Shown: positions 10,307 through 18,603 of the stretch, in pieces
Position numbering within the stretch: the first letter of the stretch is position 1
How the letters are laid out: the number at the start of each line of letters is the position of its first letter
Origin: Candidatus Melainabacteria bacterium
Lineage (GTDB): Bacteria; Cyanobacteriota; Vampirovibrionia; Obscuribacterales; Obscuribacteraceae
NCBI GenBank assembly: GCA_013288645.1
Contig: JABDBL010000006.1
Span: 18,779 to 82,778, forward strand
Direction: 5' to 3'
DNA length: 64,000 bases
The notes under the pieces: model-generated
Seen by the model: the letters and a program-made list of their open reading frames with translations, nothing else
Database searches by the model: none
Told to the model about the DNA's origin: nothing
Made by a program: the position numbers and the translations under genes

Positions 10307-10730
10307 ATGCTTTCTCCATTTCGGGTAAATTTATTTCGAGAATTTTTCCGCCTTTGCTCAAGACTGTTTTTCCACTTGGATATCGTTCGAATGTATTAGC
10401 TTCTAGTCTTTCGGTGAATTTGTGGCGGGAGATTATTTCACTATATTCAGGCGAATTGGGTAGAGAATAATTGAAACCAAAATATTGGCTACCATCTTGT
10501 CCTATTTTTATATAGCAATATTCTATGGTTTCGTCATCGAGCAATATTGCTGCTTCTGAAAACTCGGGAGTTTCGTCCAAAAGATCAAAATAAGTTAGTG
10601 GCAAGGTAATTAATTGTTCAGCGGAATTATTTTTGCTAGATACCGAATTGTTTGCTAATCCGGTCTTATTCAATCCGTCTATTAGCATGGTTTTACCTCT
10701 CCTGCTTTGTTGGGGGTTAGTAATGACCAT
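10299..10730 (-). CDS. hypothetical protein
   Basis: Clean 143-aa ORF, translationally coupled to 9992..10306. No domain recognised. Confidence 0.5.
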   Translation of the reverse strand: MVITNPQQSRRGKTMLIDGLNKTGLANNSVSSKNNSAEQLITLPLTYFDLLDETPEFSEAAILLDDETIEYCYIKIGQDGSQYFGFNYSLPNSPEYSEIISRHKFTERLEANTFERYPSGKTVLSKGGKILEINLPEMEKAYV

Positions 10731-10816
10731 TTATCTTAAGGGGCAGGTATGTTTTTAAGACAAATGGTCTTTCGAACGTGATTAGTTTAAGGAGGTTGCG
10801 TGACAAAGTTGTGGCA

Positions 10817-11434
10817 GTGCGATATGAGACTGATTAAAATGAATGGAATTAATCCAAGAGCGTCACCACGGTCTTTCTTCGCGTAAAAGAGTCCCAGACT
10901 CCGCCTACACTGGTAGTAAGTAATGAAACTGGTGGATAGCAAGGCACGGAAGCTCCAAATCTTCAAGCCTAAAAGAGGAGGAGGAGCAAGAAGACGACCA
11001 GAAGGGTTAACACAAAGTGAATCACTGTAAGTTCCGTTACTTTTGATTCGGTGAAACAGGCTGATACACCGCGGCCAAAACAAGGCAAATGGGTAGGTTA
11101 TTGCGGTTGTCATAGCAATAACGTGGTGACAAAATCCCCATCGGAATACAGGTGAGACCCGCCCTGGTCAAATGGTCTTTTAATCGGGACATAGTAAACC
11201 CCATAAGTTCTCAAAATGAGTAACCAAACCGCAAGGGACGGCTAATCACTTAGGGGGTAAGGGATTCCAGAGAAAGCGAACGCTGTTCTGTAATGGAATA
11301 GATAAGGCAATACCTAAGTCGAAAGGCTGCTAACTTCTGGAAAGTTCTCAACGGTATATCAAAGTAAAGGAACCAAACTTTTGTGAAAGATAGAACCTTA
11401 ACTGGTATCGGAGCAAACGGACAAATTCTTCAAT
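10817..11434 (+). mobile_element. group II intron, 5' RNA segment (domains I-III and start of IV), truncated by an insertion
   Basis: Starts with the GTGCG 5' consensus at 10817. About 620 nt with no credible ORF (only a spurious antisense one). The matching domain V/VI and maturase remnant lie on the same strand at 15186-15767. Confidence 0.6.
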
Positions 11435-11474
11435 GGGGTAAACGACAACGATTCTGGAAAAAATGACCCATAAG
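11435..11474 (+). repeat. Tn3-family-like terminal inverted-repeat sequence (GGGGTAAACGACAACGATTCTGGAAAAAATGACCCATAAG)
   Basis: The GGGG start and TAAG inner end are hallmarks of Tn3-family 38-bp IRs. A diverged direct copy lies at 14261. Confidence 0.5.
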
Positions 11475-11517
11475 GCGCTTGAAAAGTATTATAAATGCAA
11501 CGTGGCCTGGTTATTAT

Positions 11518-11551
11518 CTTAGCTTGCTCATTCATCGTTAAGCAAGCTAAG
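11518..11551. repeat. perfect 11-bp inverted repeat CTTAGCTTGCT / AGCAAGCTAAG with a 12-nt loop
   Basis: Read directly. Lies just inside the IR-like end. Confidence 0.5.
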
Positions 11552-11728
11552 AAATGGAATTGCTAGCTTTTCCATGCGCTGTTTTAATTCGGACGAATTT
11601 GTCCTGACACAGAGCAAAGCCGCAAGGAAGATGTCATAAGGCATTTGTCGTTTACAAATTTCATTCAAAATGAAAACACTAAGACCTTTATAATAGCTGT
11701 AATCTGAAGCATTCTAATAGGTAAACTA

Positions 11729-12757
11729 ATGCCTCGCTACTTAGCCGTCAATTTATATATCATCATACTAATGCTCACTGTAAAGAGCGCCAATGCCTAT
11801 CAGTCTAACTATACACCCATTACTAAAGAAGATAGGAGAAAACCATTTCCTCTTGAGCACATTGTCTGCGACAAAGACGTAAAGGGCGGACAGCCATTTC
11901 AATGTAGAGGCAGAATCTATTTAAGTAAGGATGATGATTTTCAAATTAGCGGTCGCAATAAAAAAAATGAAGATTGGCAGATAGTTAACCACAATTTTTC
12001 AGAAACTGGACACCTGGCGATTGATGTTTCTGAAGCCGACCTGGATGGCAATGGTGAAAAGGACTTGATTGTGTTTCAGGACACGAGTGGTTGTGGTCTT
12101 TCTCCCACATCAATTTTGGTCACTGTCTTCTTTGACAAACAAAGCAATCCATATGTTGTTAAAACATCTGGTTACTTCGAACAGTGCAACTCGAAACATT
12201 GTATTAAAGACATTTTGCGTTTCAAGCCAAATGGTCATGCCCTATTAGTTACCGAAGATTTTGCGCATACCACAGTAAAAGGTCGAGACAAAAGGTTCTG
12301 GAAAACAGTGTTGTATGAAGCGCAAGATTATAGTTGGACTTTAATACCCAATTATCGAGGCTACAAAATACCTTTACTTGTTCAGTTTACTGAAAGTCCC
12401 AACCATGAGATCATCGCCCATTCTAGTCCAGGCATGCTTAAATTTGACAATATTGAAAATGGACCTGCAGCACAAAAGCGGATAGTAACAGCTACTTTAC
12501 TTGAATTTAATACCAGACACCTTGAGTATGGTGAAGATCCTAATGAAAAAGATCACGTTATTATGCGCACAAGCAAAGATGTATTTGATGTAGGAGACTC
12601 GGGTTATCTGATATCAAGTCACGGCAAGCGAATCGCTAGTTTCGATAATAAAACCTCTGAAGGCTTGCTTGCTGAGGCAGCCAAAAAGAAACAGCAGATA
12701 AAATATATGAAGACTACAAATCTCCACACGATACCGCTATACATCTGGCTTGACTGA
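11729..12757 (+). CDS. secreted hypothetical protein with an FG-GAP/VCBS-like DLDGNGEKDLIVF motif
   Basis: Signal-like N-terminus (NLYIIILMLTVKSANA). One calcium-binding-loop-like motif. Cargo position in the Tn3-like remnant. Confidence 0.55.
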   Translation: MPRYLAVNLYIIILMLTVKSANAYQSNYTPITKEDRRKPFPLEHIVCDKDVKGGQPFQCRGRIYLSKDDDFQISGRNKKNEDWQIVNHNFSETGHLAIDVSEADLDGNGEKDLIVFQDTSGCGLSPTSILVTVFFDKQSNPYVVKTSGYFEQCNSKHCIKDILRFKPNGHALLVTEDFAHTTVKGRDKRFWKTVLYEAQDYSWTLIPNYRGYKIPLLVQFTESPNHEIIAHSSPGMLKFDNIENGPAAQKRIVTATLLEFNTRHLEYGEDPNEKDHVIMRTSKDVFDVGDSGYLISSHGKRIASFDNKTSEGLLAEAAKKKQQIKYMKTTNLHTIPLYIWLD

Positions 12758-12794
12758 GCTACTTGGAGGATGCATGTTCAAAGGAAATTAGGGT

Positions 12795-13559
12795 ATGGCG
12801 GTTAATGTAAATCACGAATCCATTTTTGTAAGAGTCAGGCAGAATAGCCTGATAGCATCAGCTTTGATTGCCATGGCGGTGGTTATGTCAACTAATGTTT
12901 TGGCACGATCCATGCCACCAGTTGATGAAGCAGGAAAAGATCCCTCTCTGCAAAGAGTACGCGCACAGTTATTGACAGTAATTAGACATCACGATAAGAA
13001 GGCTCTTTTGCCGTGGTTAGATCCAGATATTCAGTATGCTCATGGCGGCGGTGCTGGCATACATGATTTTATTGAGAACTGGGGAATAGGTAGCAAAGGC
13101 TCGGATTTTTGGGGAAAGATGGAATTTGCACTCACGCATGGCGGATACCTTGAGAAAGGACGTGATTTTTTTAATCACAAATTAGGTTTGGTTCAGGATA
13201 AACGACCTGAATTCGTAGCACCATATTATCAATTCTACTGTGATGATGAAAAATCATTTGTAAAAACGTTTAGTAGTTTAGAGGATGGATGTCGTGCCAA
13301 TATAATTTCGGGAAGACCGCCCCTGCGTAGCCAGCCAAATTTGAAAGCGCCAATTATTACTAATTTGTCCTATGATTTAGTGACAGTTGATCAAGAAGCA
13401 TATGAGCGTCACCATCCCTGGACAAAAGTAATGACCACCGACGGAAAATCTGGCTTCGTAGAAACAAAAGAACTAACTTTCCAAACTGATCCGATTGCGG
13501 TTTTTAGAAAGATTCATGGCAATTGGCGTCTTATCTGGTTTGGTTATGATGGACCTTAA
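12795..13559 (+). CDS. secreted hypothetical protein, possible C-terminal SH3b-like domain
   Basis: Signal/anchor (LIASALIAMAVVMSTNVLA). The C-terminal region LRSQPNLKAPIITNLSYDLVTV...WTKVMTTDGKSGFVE resembles bacterial SH3 domains. Confidence 0.5.
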   Translation: MAVNVNHESIFVRVRQNSLIASALIAMAVVMSTNVLARSMPPVDEAGKDPSLQRVRAQLLTVIRHHDKKALLPWLDPDIQYAHGGGAGIHDFIENWGIGSKGSDFWGKMEFALTHGGYLEKGRDFFNHKLGLVQDKRPEFVAPYYQFYCDDEKSFVKTFSSLEDGCRANIISGRPPLRSQPNLKAPIITNLSYDLVTVDQEAYERHHPWTKVMTTDGKSGFVETKELTFQTDPIAVFRKIHGNWRLIWFGYDGP

Positions 13560-13619
13560 GAACACCATTTCAAATGATCTGCTGACGAACAGTAATTTAT
13601 GCCATGCCAAAATCACAAT

Positions 13620-14246
13620 TTATCTATTTGATAACTGCCTATATCCAAGTTTTTCTGCTTTCTCTTTGTCCCTTGCCGCCATGTTTTTGTTTCCAAGTTT
13701 TTCATATGCTTCACCACGGTGGTAATAGTAGAGAGCAGCGCCTTTCTTATCAGTTTCTGCCTGATGGGCCGTATCGCTTATAGCCGCTGTAAAGTCCTCA
13801 ATTGCCCTTTGGTATTGAGATAATTGACTATATGCAAAACCGCGAAGATCGAGAACATAATGCTCGATAAAACCCGGATTATTGTGTCCTAAGGCAAGGG
13901 CTTGATTATAGTCATCAATCGCCATTTGATACTTTCCCAGCTTCGCATATAGTTGTCCACGCGTGTTATATAATTCTGTGCTGTAATCTGTATCAACAGA
14001 AGGCCCATAAATCTTTAGCTGCCGGTTGCTTATTTCAATCGCTTTAGTGTAGTCATCAATGGCTTCTTTGCAATGTCCTGAACATTGGTAGTTATAACCA
14101 CGATCAACATAATAGTGCACATACTCCGGACAGACCATTATTGCAATGTCTGGAGAATACAATGGCGAGTGCCTCCAGCTGAATGCAAACAGAATTATCG
14201 GCACCGCGATAATAAGACAGCCAATAACAATCAAAACCTTTATCAT
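13620..14246 (-). CDS. membrane-anchored TPR-repeat protein
   Basis: N-terminal TM (VLIVIGCLIIAVPIILFAF), then about 4 TPR units (e.g. YNTRGQLYAKLGKYQMAIDDYNQALAL). Confidence 0.75.
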   Translation of the reverse strand: MIKVLIVIGCLIIAVPIILFAFSWRHSPLYSPDIAIMVCPEYVHYYVDRGYNYQCSGHCKEAIDDYTKAIEISNRQLKIYGPSVDTDYSTELYNTRGQLYAKLGKYQMAIDDYNQALALGHNNPGFIEHYVLDLRGFAYSQLSQYQRAIEDFTAAISDTAHQAETDKKGAALYYYHRGEAYEKLGNKNMAARDKEKAEKLGYRQLSNR

Positions 14247-14260
14247 AAAATCAAAAATAA

Positions 14261-14336
14261 GTAAGCGGCAATGATCCTGGAAAAAATGGTCTACAAGCTA
14301 CTTGAAAATGGTTATGAGTACACTATGGTTGGGTAG
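14261..14336 (+). repeat. second, degenerate direct copy of the IR-like end and adjacent sequence (lacks the GGGG)
   Basis: GTAAGCGGCAATGATCCTGGAAAAAATGGTCTACAAGCTACTTGAAAATGG aligns by eye at roughly 70% identity with 11437-11510. Confidence 0.5.
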
Positions 14337-14379
14337 CACTTATTAACCTGTTACGAAGTTCTTTTGAAGGAGTATCAAA

Positions 14380-14500
14380 AACGGCCGTTTCTGACATAAA
14401 CCCCGATCGACTTATGCTGTATCCACCTATGCGGCTGGGCGCCTCTCAGAAACCGTCTCGTAATCATAATGTCAAAATAAACCATATTAATGACTTTTGA
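14380..14500 (+). promoter_or_regulatory. candidate res (resolvase-binding) region upstream of tnpR
   Basis: TGTCAAAATAA at 14470 and an inverted TGTCAG half-site near 14385-14395 resemble TGTCYNNTAA resolvase half-sites. Position is as expected. Weak evidence. Confidence 0.3.
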
Positions 14501-14537
14501 GATATTATAGCAACCTTATCAATTGACCGGAATACCT

Positions 14538-15095
14538 ATGCACGTTGGATATGCGCGAGTTTCCACTTTAGATCAAAAATTGGCATTGCAGAAAGATGCT
14601 TTGGCTAAAGCAGGCTGCAAGAAGCTTTTCACCGACATTGCAAGTGGTGCAACTGATGCACGAAAAGGACTCATCGAAGCGATCAGTTACGTCCGGGAGG
14701 GAGATGTTCTTGTCGTTTGGAGATTGGATCGCCTTGGGCGTTCTTTGCGACATCTGATCGACACAGTAAATGATTTAAGCAAGAGGGGAGTCGCTTTCAA
14801 AAGCCTGCAAGAACAAATTGACACAACCACAAGTGGTGGCAAATTGATTTTCCATGTCTTTGATGCTCTTGCTGAATTTGAGCGAGACCTTATCAGCGAA
14901 CGAACCCAAGCCGGACTGCATGCGGCCCGAGCGCGAGGACGCAAAGGCGGACGACCAAGTAAAGTGACCACGAAGAAATTATCAATGGCACAAAAGCTAT
15001 TAAGCGACGAAAAAAACAGCATTGATGACGTTTGCCACACGCTACGGATCTCGCGGGCTACTTTATATCGGCACCTGCGAAAGGCAAGTGACTGA
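14538..15095 (+). CDS. tnpR: serine recombinase, Tn3-family resolvase
   Basis: MHVGYARVSTLDQ catalytic-serine motif, VWRLDRLGRS, and C-terminal HTH (ISRATLYRHL). About 185 aa. Confidence 0.9.
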   Translation: MHVGYARVSTLDQKLALQKDALAKAGCKKLFTDIASGATDARKGLIEAISYVREGDVLVVWRLDRLGRSLRHLIDTVNDLSKRGVAFKSLQEQIDTTTSGGKLIFHVFDALAEFERDLISERTQAGLHAARARGRKGGRPSKVTTKKLSMAQKLLSDEKNSIDDVCHTLRISRATLYRHLRKASD

Positions 15096-15185
15096 TGCCC
15101 AGTATTCACGAAACGGCTTATCCAAGGCTAAAAGCAGCGATCTCGAATAACGATCTTGAAGATCTGTTTACTCCGATTCCAACCA
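15095..15185 (+). pseudogene. tnpA: 5' stub of a Tn3-family transposase gene (about 27-30 codons)
   Basis: The ATG overlaps the tnpR stop (TGATG). MPSIHETAYPRLKAAISNNDLEDLFTPIPTT resembles DUF4158-type TnpA N-termini. The frame is then lost. Confidence 0.5.
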
Positions 15186-15683
15186 CAAAAAGAAAAGGTC
15201 TTCGCGTTGCTAAAAGAGGTGCGCAGATGGCTTAAAAGCAATTGCTCAGCAAAAGCCGAAAATGTCATTCGTCATCTCAATCCTATTTTAATTGGTTGGT
15301 CGAACTACTATAAGCATGCATCAAGCAAACAGACCTTTTCCTACGTACAACAACAAATCTGGAGAGCGCTCTGGAAATGGTGTTTGCGACGCCATCCGAA
15401 TAAGGGGAAATACTGGGTACGTAAGAAATACTTCCAACAAACCCAAAGGGAAAGCTGGAAATTCTTTAGCAAAATCACAAACAAATATGGACAATCAGAA
15501 ATACTGACTCTTTTTAATGTGAGTCAAGTATTAATAGAAAGACATATAAAGGTCTGTGGAAATGCTAGCCCGGATGACTCAACTCTACAAGAGTATTGGC
15601 AAAAGCGTCAGCAACGTAGTAAAGGTCTAATGCGCATGACTGCATATTGGGATAACAGCGATGTTCGTAAACGAACAGTTTAA
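15186..15683 (+). pseudogene. group II intron-encoded protein remnant: maturase (X/thumb) and C-terminal region only, RT domain missing
   Basis: KEKVFALLKEVRRWLK...VIRHLNPILIGWSNYYKHA is the classic intron-maturase motif. The ORF ends 10 nt before intron domain V. Confidence 0.8.
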
Positions 15684-15692
15684 TGAGGGCTT

Positions 15693-15767
15693 GAGCCGGA
15701 TGAAGCGAAAGCTTCATGTCCGGTTCTTAGAGGAGGTAGACGCGGCGACGCGTCTACTTTACTCAAC
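15693..15767 (+). ncRNA. group II intron domain V (15693-15726) and domain VI with a bulged-A candidate; 3' splice site at about 15767
   Basis: GAGCCGGATGAAGCGAAAGCTTCATGTCCGGTTC is a 34-nt DV hairpin with the AGC triad and a GAAA loop. It is followed by stem GTAGACGCG-GCGA-CGCGTCTAC and an unpaired A 7 nt from ...CTCAAC. Confidence 0.8.
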
Positions 15768-15796
15768 GAAAGTTATTTCTAAAGTTTAGAATTCAA

Positions 15797-16099
15797 TTGC
15801 TGTGTAAAATAGTTACAGCTACTTTCCAGGGGAACGCTATTTTGAATATTAATTGTTCTAGTTCTCATGATGTGGAACAAAAACAGAGAAGACTGCTTAA
15901 AGCCAATCGTTGTATCAATGGCAAAATGATTTCAGCGCTGGAGACACTTTCTATTAAAAGAGGTAGAGTACCCGCTTCTACTTTTGATCCTTTTACTGAT
16001 TATAAAAAGGTAAATGATGAATTTGAATTGGTTATGGGTGAGTCAAGTAGTCATGCAATGGAAGATTTACTTGATGTACCATCGGATAAAAAGCGATGA
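15797..16099 (+). CDS. hypothetical small protein (doubtful)
   Basis: ORF overlapping the next gene by ATGA. No domain recognised. Start uncertain. Confidence 0.3.
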   Translation: MLCKIVTATFQGNAILNINCSSSHDVEQKQRRLLKANRCINGKMISALETLSIKRGRVPASTFDPFTDYKKVNDEFELVMGESSSHAMEDLLDVPSDKKR

Positions 16100-18432
16100 T
16101 AGATACGACGGATCCAGCCGGACATCAAACCGCTGATCAAAGTGCAAATTTAAATTCACTCGAATTACTGCCCCTTCTTGGTGTGCTCATATTTGTAATA
16201 CTCATTTATTCACCTATTATGATGAATGCATTTAATGGTGATGATTTTGTTCATCTGAAGTGGCTTTCCGAAGCAGTTAAACAGCCGGAACTTATTTGGC
16301 GTAACTTTCACAGTGCATGGCTAGATATAAGTACAGCAAAGTTTTATAGACCGCTTATTTCCTTATTTATGCTTGGGGATTATATCATTTGGCACGGTAA
16401 CGGTACGGGCTTTCATTTGACAAATGTTTTATGCCACATAGCAAATACTTATTTTTTATGGCTTATATTGCGGCAATTGCCTTTAAACAACGATAGTTCT
16501 AAATGGAATTATATGTGGTGCTTAAGTGCAGCTACGCTATTTGGACTCCACCCACTACATCCTGAGGCGGTCTCTTGGATTACTGGAAGAGTTGATACCT
16601 TCGTCACTTTATTTTCGCTTGCAAGTCTTTACAGCTACATAGAATGGCGTCGATCAAAGAGTGGCATGGCCCAGAGTTCTAATCAGTGGTTTTTCCTAAG
16701 CTTGATTTCTATGGCTTTGGCTCTTATGTGCAAAGAGATGGCTATTGTTTTACCGGCAATATTTTCTGCCTATGAATTTACTATAGGATCAAAGGAATTA
16801 AAAATTAGAAAAAGACTTTTGTCTGTTTTCGAAAGAACATTTCTATTCTGGTCACTTTTAGGACTCTATTTTATCTTGCGTTATTTTGCTTTAGGTACAC
16901 TAATTGGTGGTTACGACAATGCACTCTTGAGTCTTGATAATTTGCCAGAATTAATTTCAATTTGGCGTAAGTCTCTATATCTTCTTTTCTTTCCTTTTGA
17001 TGGTGCCCTCCTAAGCAGATCTGGACTTATCACATTTATTTGGGGTGGGCTTTTAACTGCTAATTTTATATTGATCGCTAAGCACGTTTTTATTGAAAAC
17101 AAAAATATGTCCACTTTCGTTTTTCTGTTAAGCTGGTTGGTACTGAGCTTAGTACCAGTATATAAACTCTTTAATATTGCCACTGATTTGCAGGGTAGTC
17201 GTTTAGCATATTTGTCCACAGTTCCTTTATCTGCCTTGCTCTGTTTCGGTTATGCTACTTGTTTAGAAATCAACGGTAAGATACGGTACTGGAAGCTTTT
17301 GGCTCTCGCTCTTTTATTATCGTCAGCGGGAGCACTCTTATTGGTAAATAATTCGGCTTGGATTGAAGCAGAGCTTACTTCCCAAGCTATTGTGAATCAA
17401 TTGAATGATTTATCTAAAACAATCAATAAAAAAAATACGATATATATTGTTGGACTACCCGATCAAATAAACGGGGCCTATGTCTGTCGCAATGCTCTGG
17501 ATGGAATGAGCAAATATCCGCAAATCAGTAAAAGTATTGATTATTGTTTTAATCTTGACGAAATAAATCATGTTTTTCCATTCGGATATGCTCGGCATTC
17601 TATGACACATATTGATAAGGATAGAGTAACTTCCAAATTTTACATTTGGGATGCAATAGAAAAGAAATTGAAAAGCTTTTCTTTACCGGATAAAGCAAGC
17701 GATGGGTCACTCACTATAGACACAAACAAGGATATTTCACAGCAAGAAGGAGAAATAATAATTGATCTAAGAAATAAACCTTGTTTTTACCTAGATTGTT
17801 TAGTTGTAAGTGTTAATTTTGGGCAGGCTGGTGACAAAAAAAAGGGTGCTAATGTTTGCAGGCTCTTTTATACGAACGAAATTGTTTCACAATTCGATAA
17901 TGCGCATAGACTTGATGTACATTTGGAGCCCGGTTCTGGTAATCAGAAGCTTCTGTTTCCTTTGCATGGACAAGCAGATTGGGCTATGGGAAATAGAGCA
18001 CACCTTTTGAAATTGGTTTTGCCAAAGTCAAGAGCATTTTACATCCAAGATATTAGCTTTGAGCCAATAGAAAAAATTATGCCGAATCTCTACTTTAGAG
18101 CAAACGCTAATCAAAACAACCTGGGTTTCATAGAGTTGAACGACCTTTATCCGTCCTGCCAGCTGGGCTTTGATGGTGGTAAAGTTGTTGGCGCAGATAA
18201 AGTTATGTTCGAACTTACAGCGCCTGACCAGACTTTTACTGTTGTCAATGATACTAAAGAACCGAATTCAATTTTTTCTAGTAAAAAATTGAAAGGTCAG
18301 ACTGGTTTGATATCATTAAATAAGAAAGACTTCGCTTTACCCGGTATATATGAACTACGTTTGAGAGCATTGGACAGCAGTGATAAACAAATAGGCGTAG
18401 CCGGAGATCACATTGTAATAACGGTAAAATAA
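16096..18432 (+). CDS. polytopic GT-C-type (PMT/TMTC/ArnT-like) membrane glycosyltransferase, paralog of 6060..8414
   Basis: FNGDDFVHLKWL (DD motif), YRPL, HPLHPEAVSWITGRVD and KEMAIVLPA. Same ~350-aa C-terminal domain, ending ...GDHIVITVK versus ...SDHFILHVSN. Confidence 0.7.
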   Translation: MIDTTDPAGHQTADQSANLNSLELLPLLGVLIFVILIYSPIMMNAFNGDDFVHLKWLSEAVKQPELIWRNFHSAWLDISTAKFYRPLISLFMLGDYIIWHGNGTGFHLTNVLCHIANTYFLWLILRQLPLNNDSSKWNYMWCLSAATLFGLHPLHPEAVSWITGRVDTFVTLFSLASLYSYIEWRRSKSGMAQSSNQWFFLSLISMALALMCKEMAIVLPAIFSAYEFTIGSKELKIRKRLLSVFERTFLFWSLLGLYFILRYFALGTLIGGYDNALLSLDNLPELISIWRKSLYLLFFPFDGALLSRSGLITFIWGGLLTANFILIAKHVFIENKNMSTFVFLLSWLVLSLVPVYKLFNIATDLQGSRLAYLSTVPLSALLCFGYATCLEINGKIRYWKLLALALLLSSAGALLLVNNSAWIEAELTSQAIVNQLNDLSKTINKKNTIYIVGLPDQINGAYVCRNALDGMSKYPQISKSIDYCFNLDEINHVFPFGYARHSMTHIDKDRVTSKFYIWDAIEKKLKSFSLPDKASDGSLTIDTNKDISQQEGEIIIDLRNKPCFYLDCLVVSVNFGQAGDKKKGANVCRLFYTNEIVSQFDNAHRLDVHLEPGSGNQKLLFPLHGQADWAMGNRAHLLKLVLPKSRAFYIQDISFEPIEKIMPNLYFRANANQNNLGFIELNDLYPSCQLGFDGGKVVGADKVMFELTAPDQTFTVVNDTKEPNSIFSSKKLKGQTGLISLNKKDFALPGIYELRLRALDSSDKQIGVAGDHIVITVK

Positions 18433-18445
18433 ACTGGGAAGAAAT

Positions 18446-18598
18446 ATGACTGAAGAGAAACTAAAAGAGCAAAGTGATTCTTTAATAGCCAGTGCAAAAG
18501 GCATATGGCCATTGATCATCGCAGTAATCATAATAGCTATTTATATAGTAGTCTCAGTAGTAATGTTATTCATTTCCTACAAATTCGGTAGAATATGA
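18446..18598 (+). CDS. 50-aa single-pass membrane peptide (below the ORF-track cutoff)
   Basis: GGGAAG SD-like sequence 7 nt upstream of the ATG. MTEEKLKEQSDSLIASAKGIWPLIIAVIIIAIYIVVSVVMLFISYKFGRI has one TM helix. Hand-translated. Confidence 0.35.
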   Translation: MTEEKLKEQSDSLIASAKGIWPLIIAVIIIAIYIVVSVVMLFISYKFGRI

Positions 18599-18603
18599 GC
18601 TAA

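Larger units (their letters stand above)
11435..15185 (+). mobile_element. Tn3-family transposon remnant (IR-like end, 3 cargo genes, res region, tnpR, 5' stub of tnpA)
   Basis: GGGG...TAAG 40-bp terminal-repeat-like sequence at 11435. Serine resolvase followed by an overlapping ATG (TGATG) that opens MPSIHETAYPRLK...LEDLFTP, which resembles Tn3-family transposase N-termini (DUF4158). The reading frame breaks at about 15185. Confidence 0.55.

Noticed and set aside
10787-11113. 108-aa minus-strand ORF
   Set aside because: It lies antisense over the 5' part of the group II intron RNA. It has odd composition and no SD. It is most likely spurious.
14568-15109. Minus-strand ORFs 14568..14753 and 14687..15109
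   Set aside because: They are antisense to the clearly recognisable serine resolvase gene. The Arg/Ser-rich translation is typical of an antisense artefact.
15292-15507. 71-aa alternative-frame ORF inside the maturase remnant
   Set aside because: It overlaps the frame carrying the diagnostic LNPILIGWSNYY maturase motif and has no independent support.
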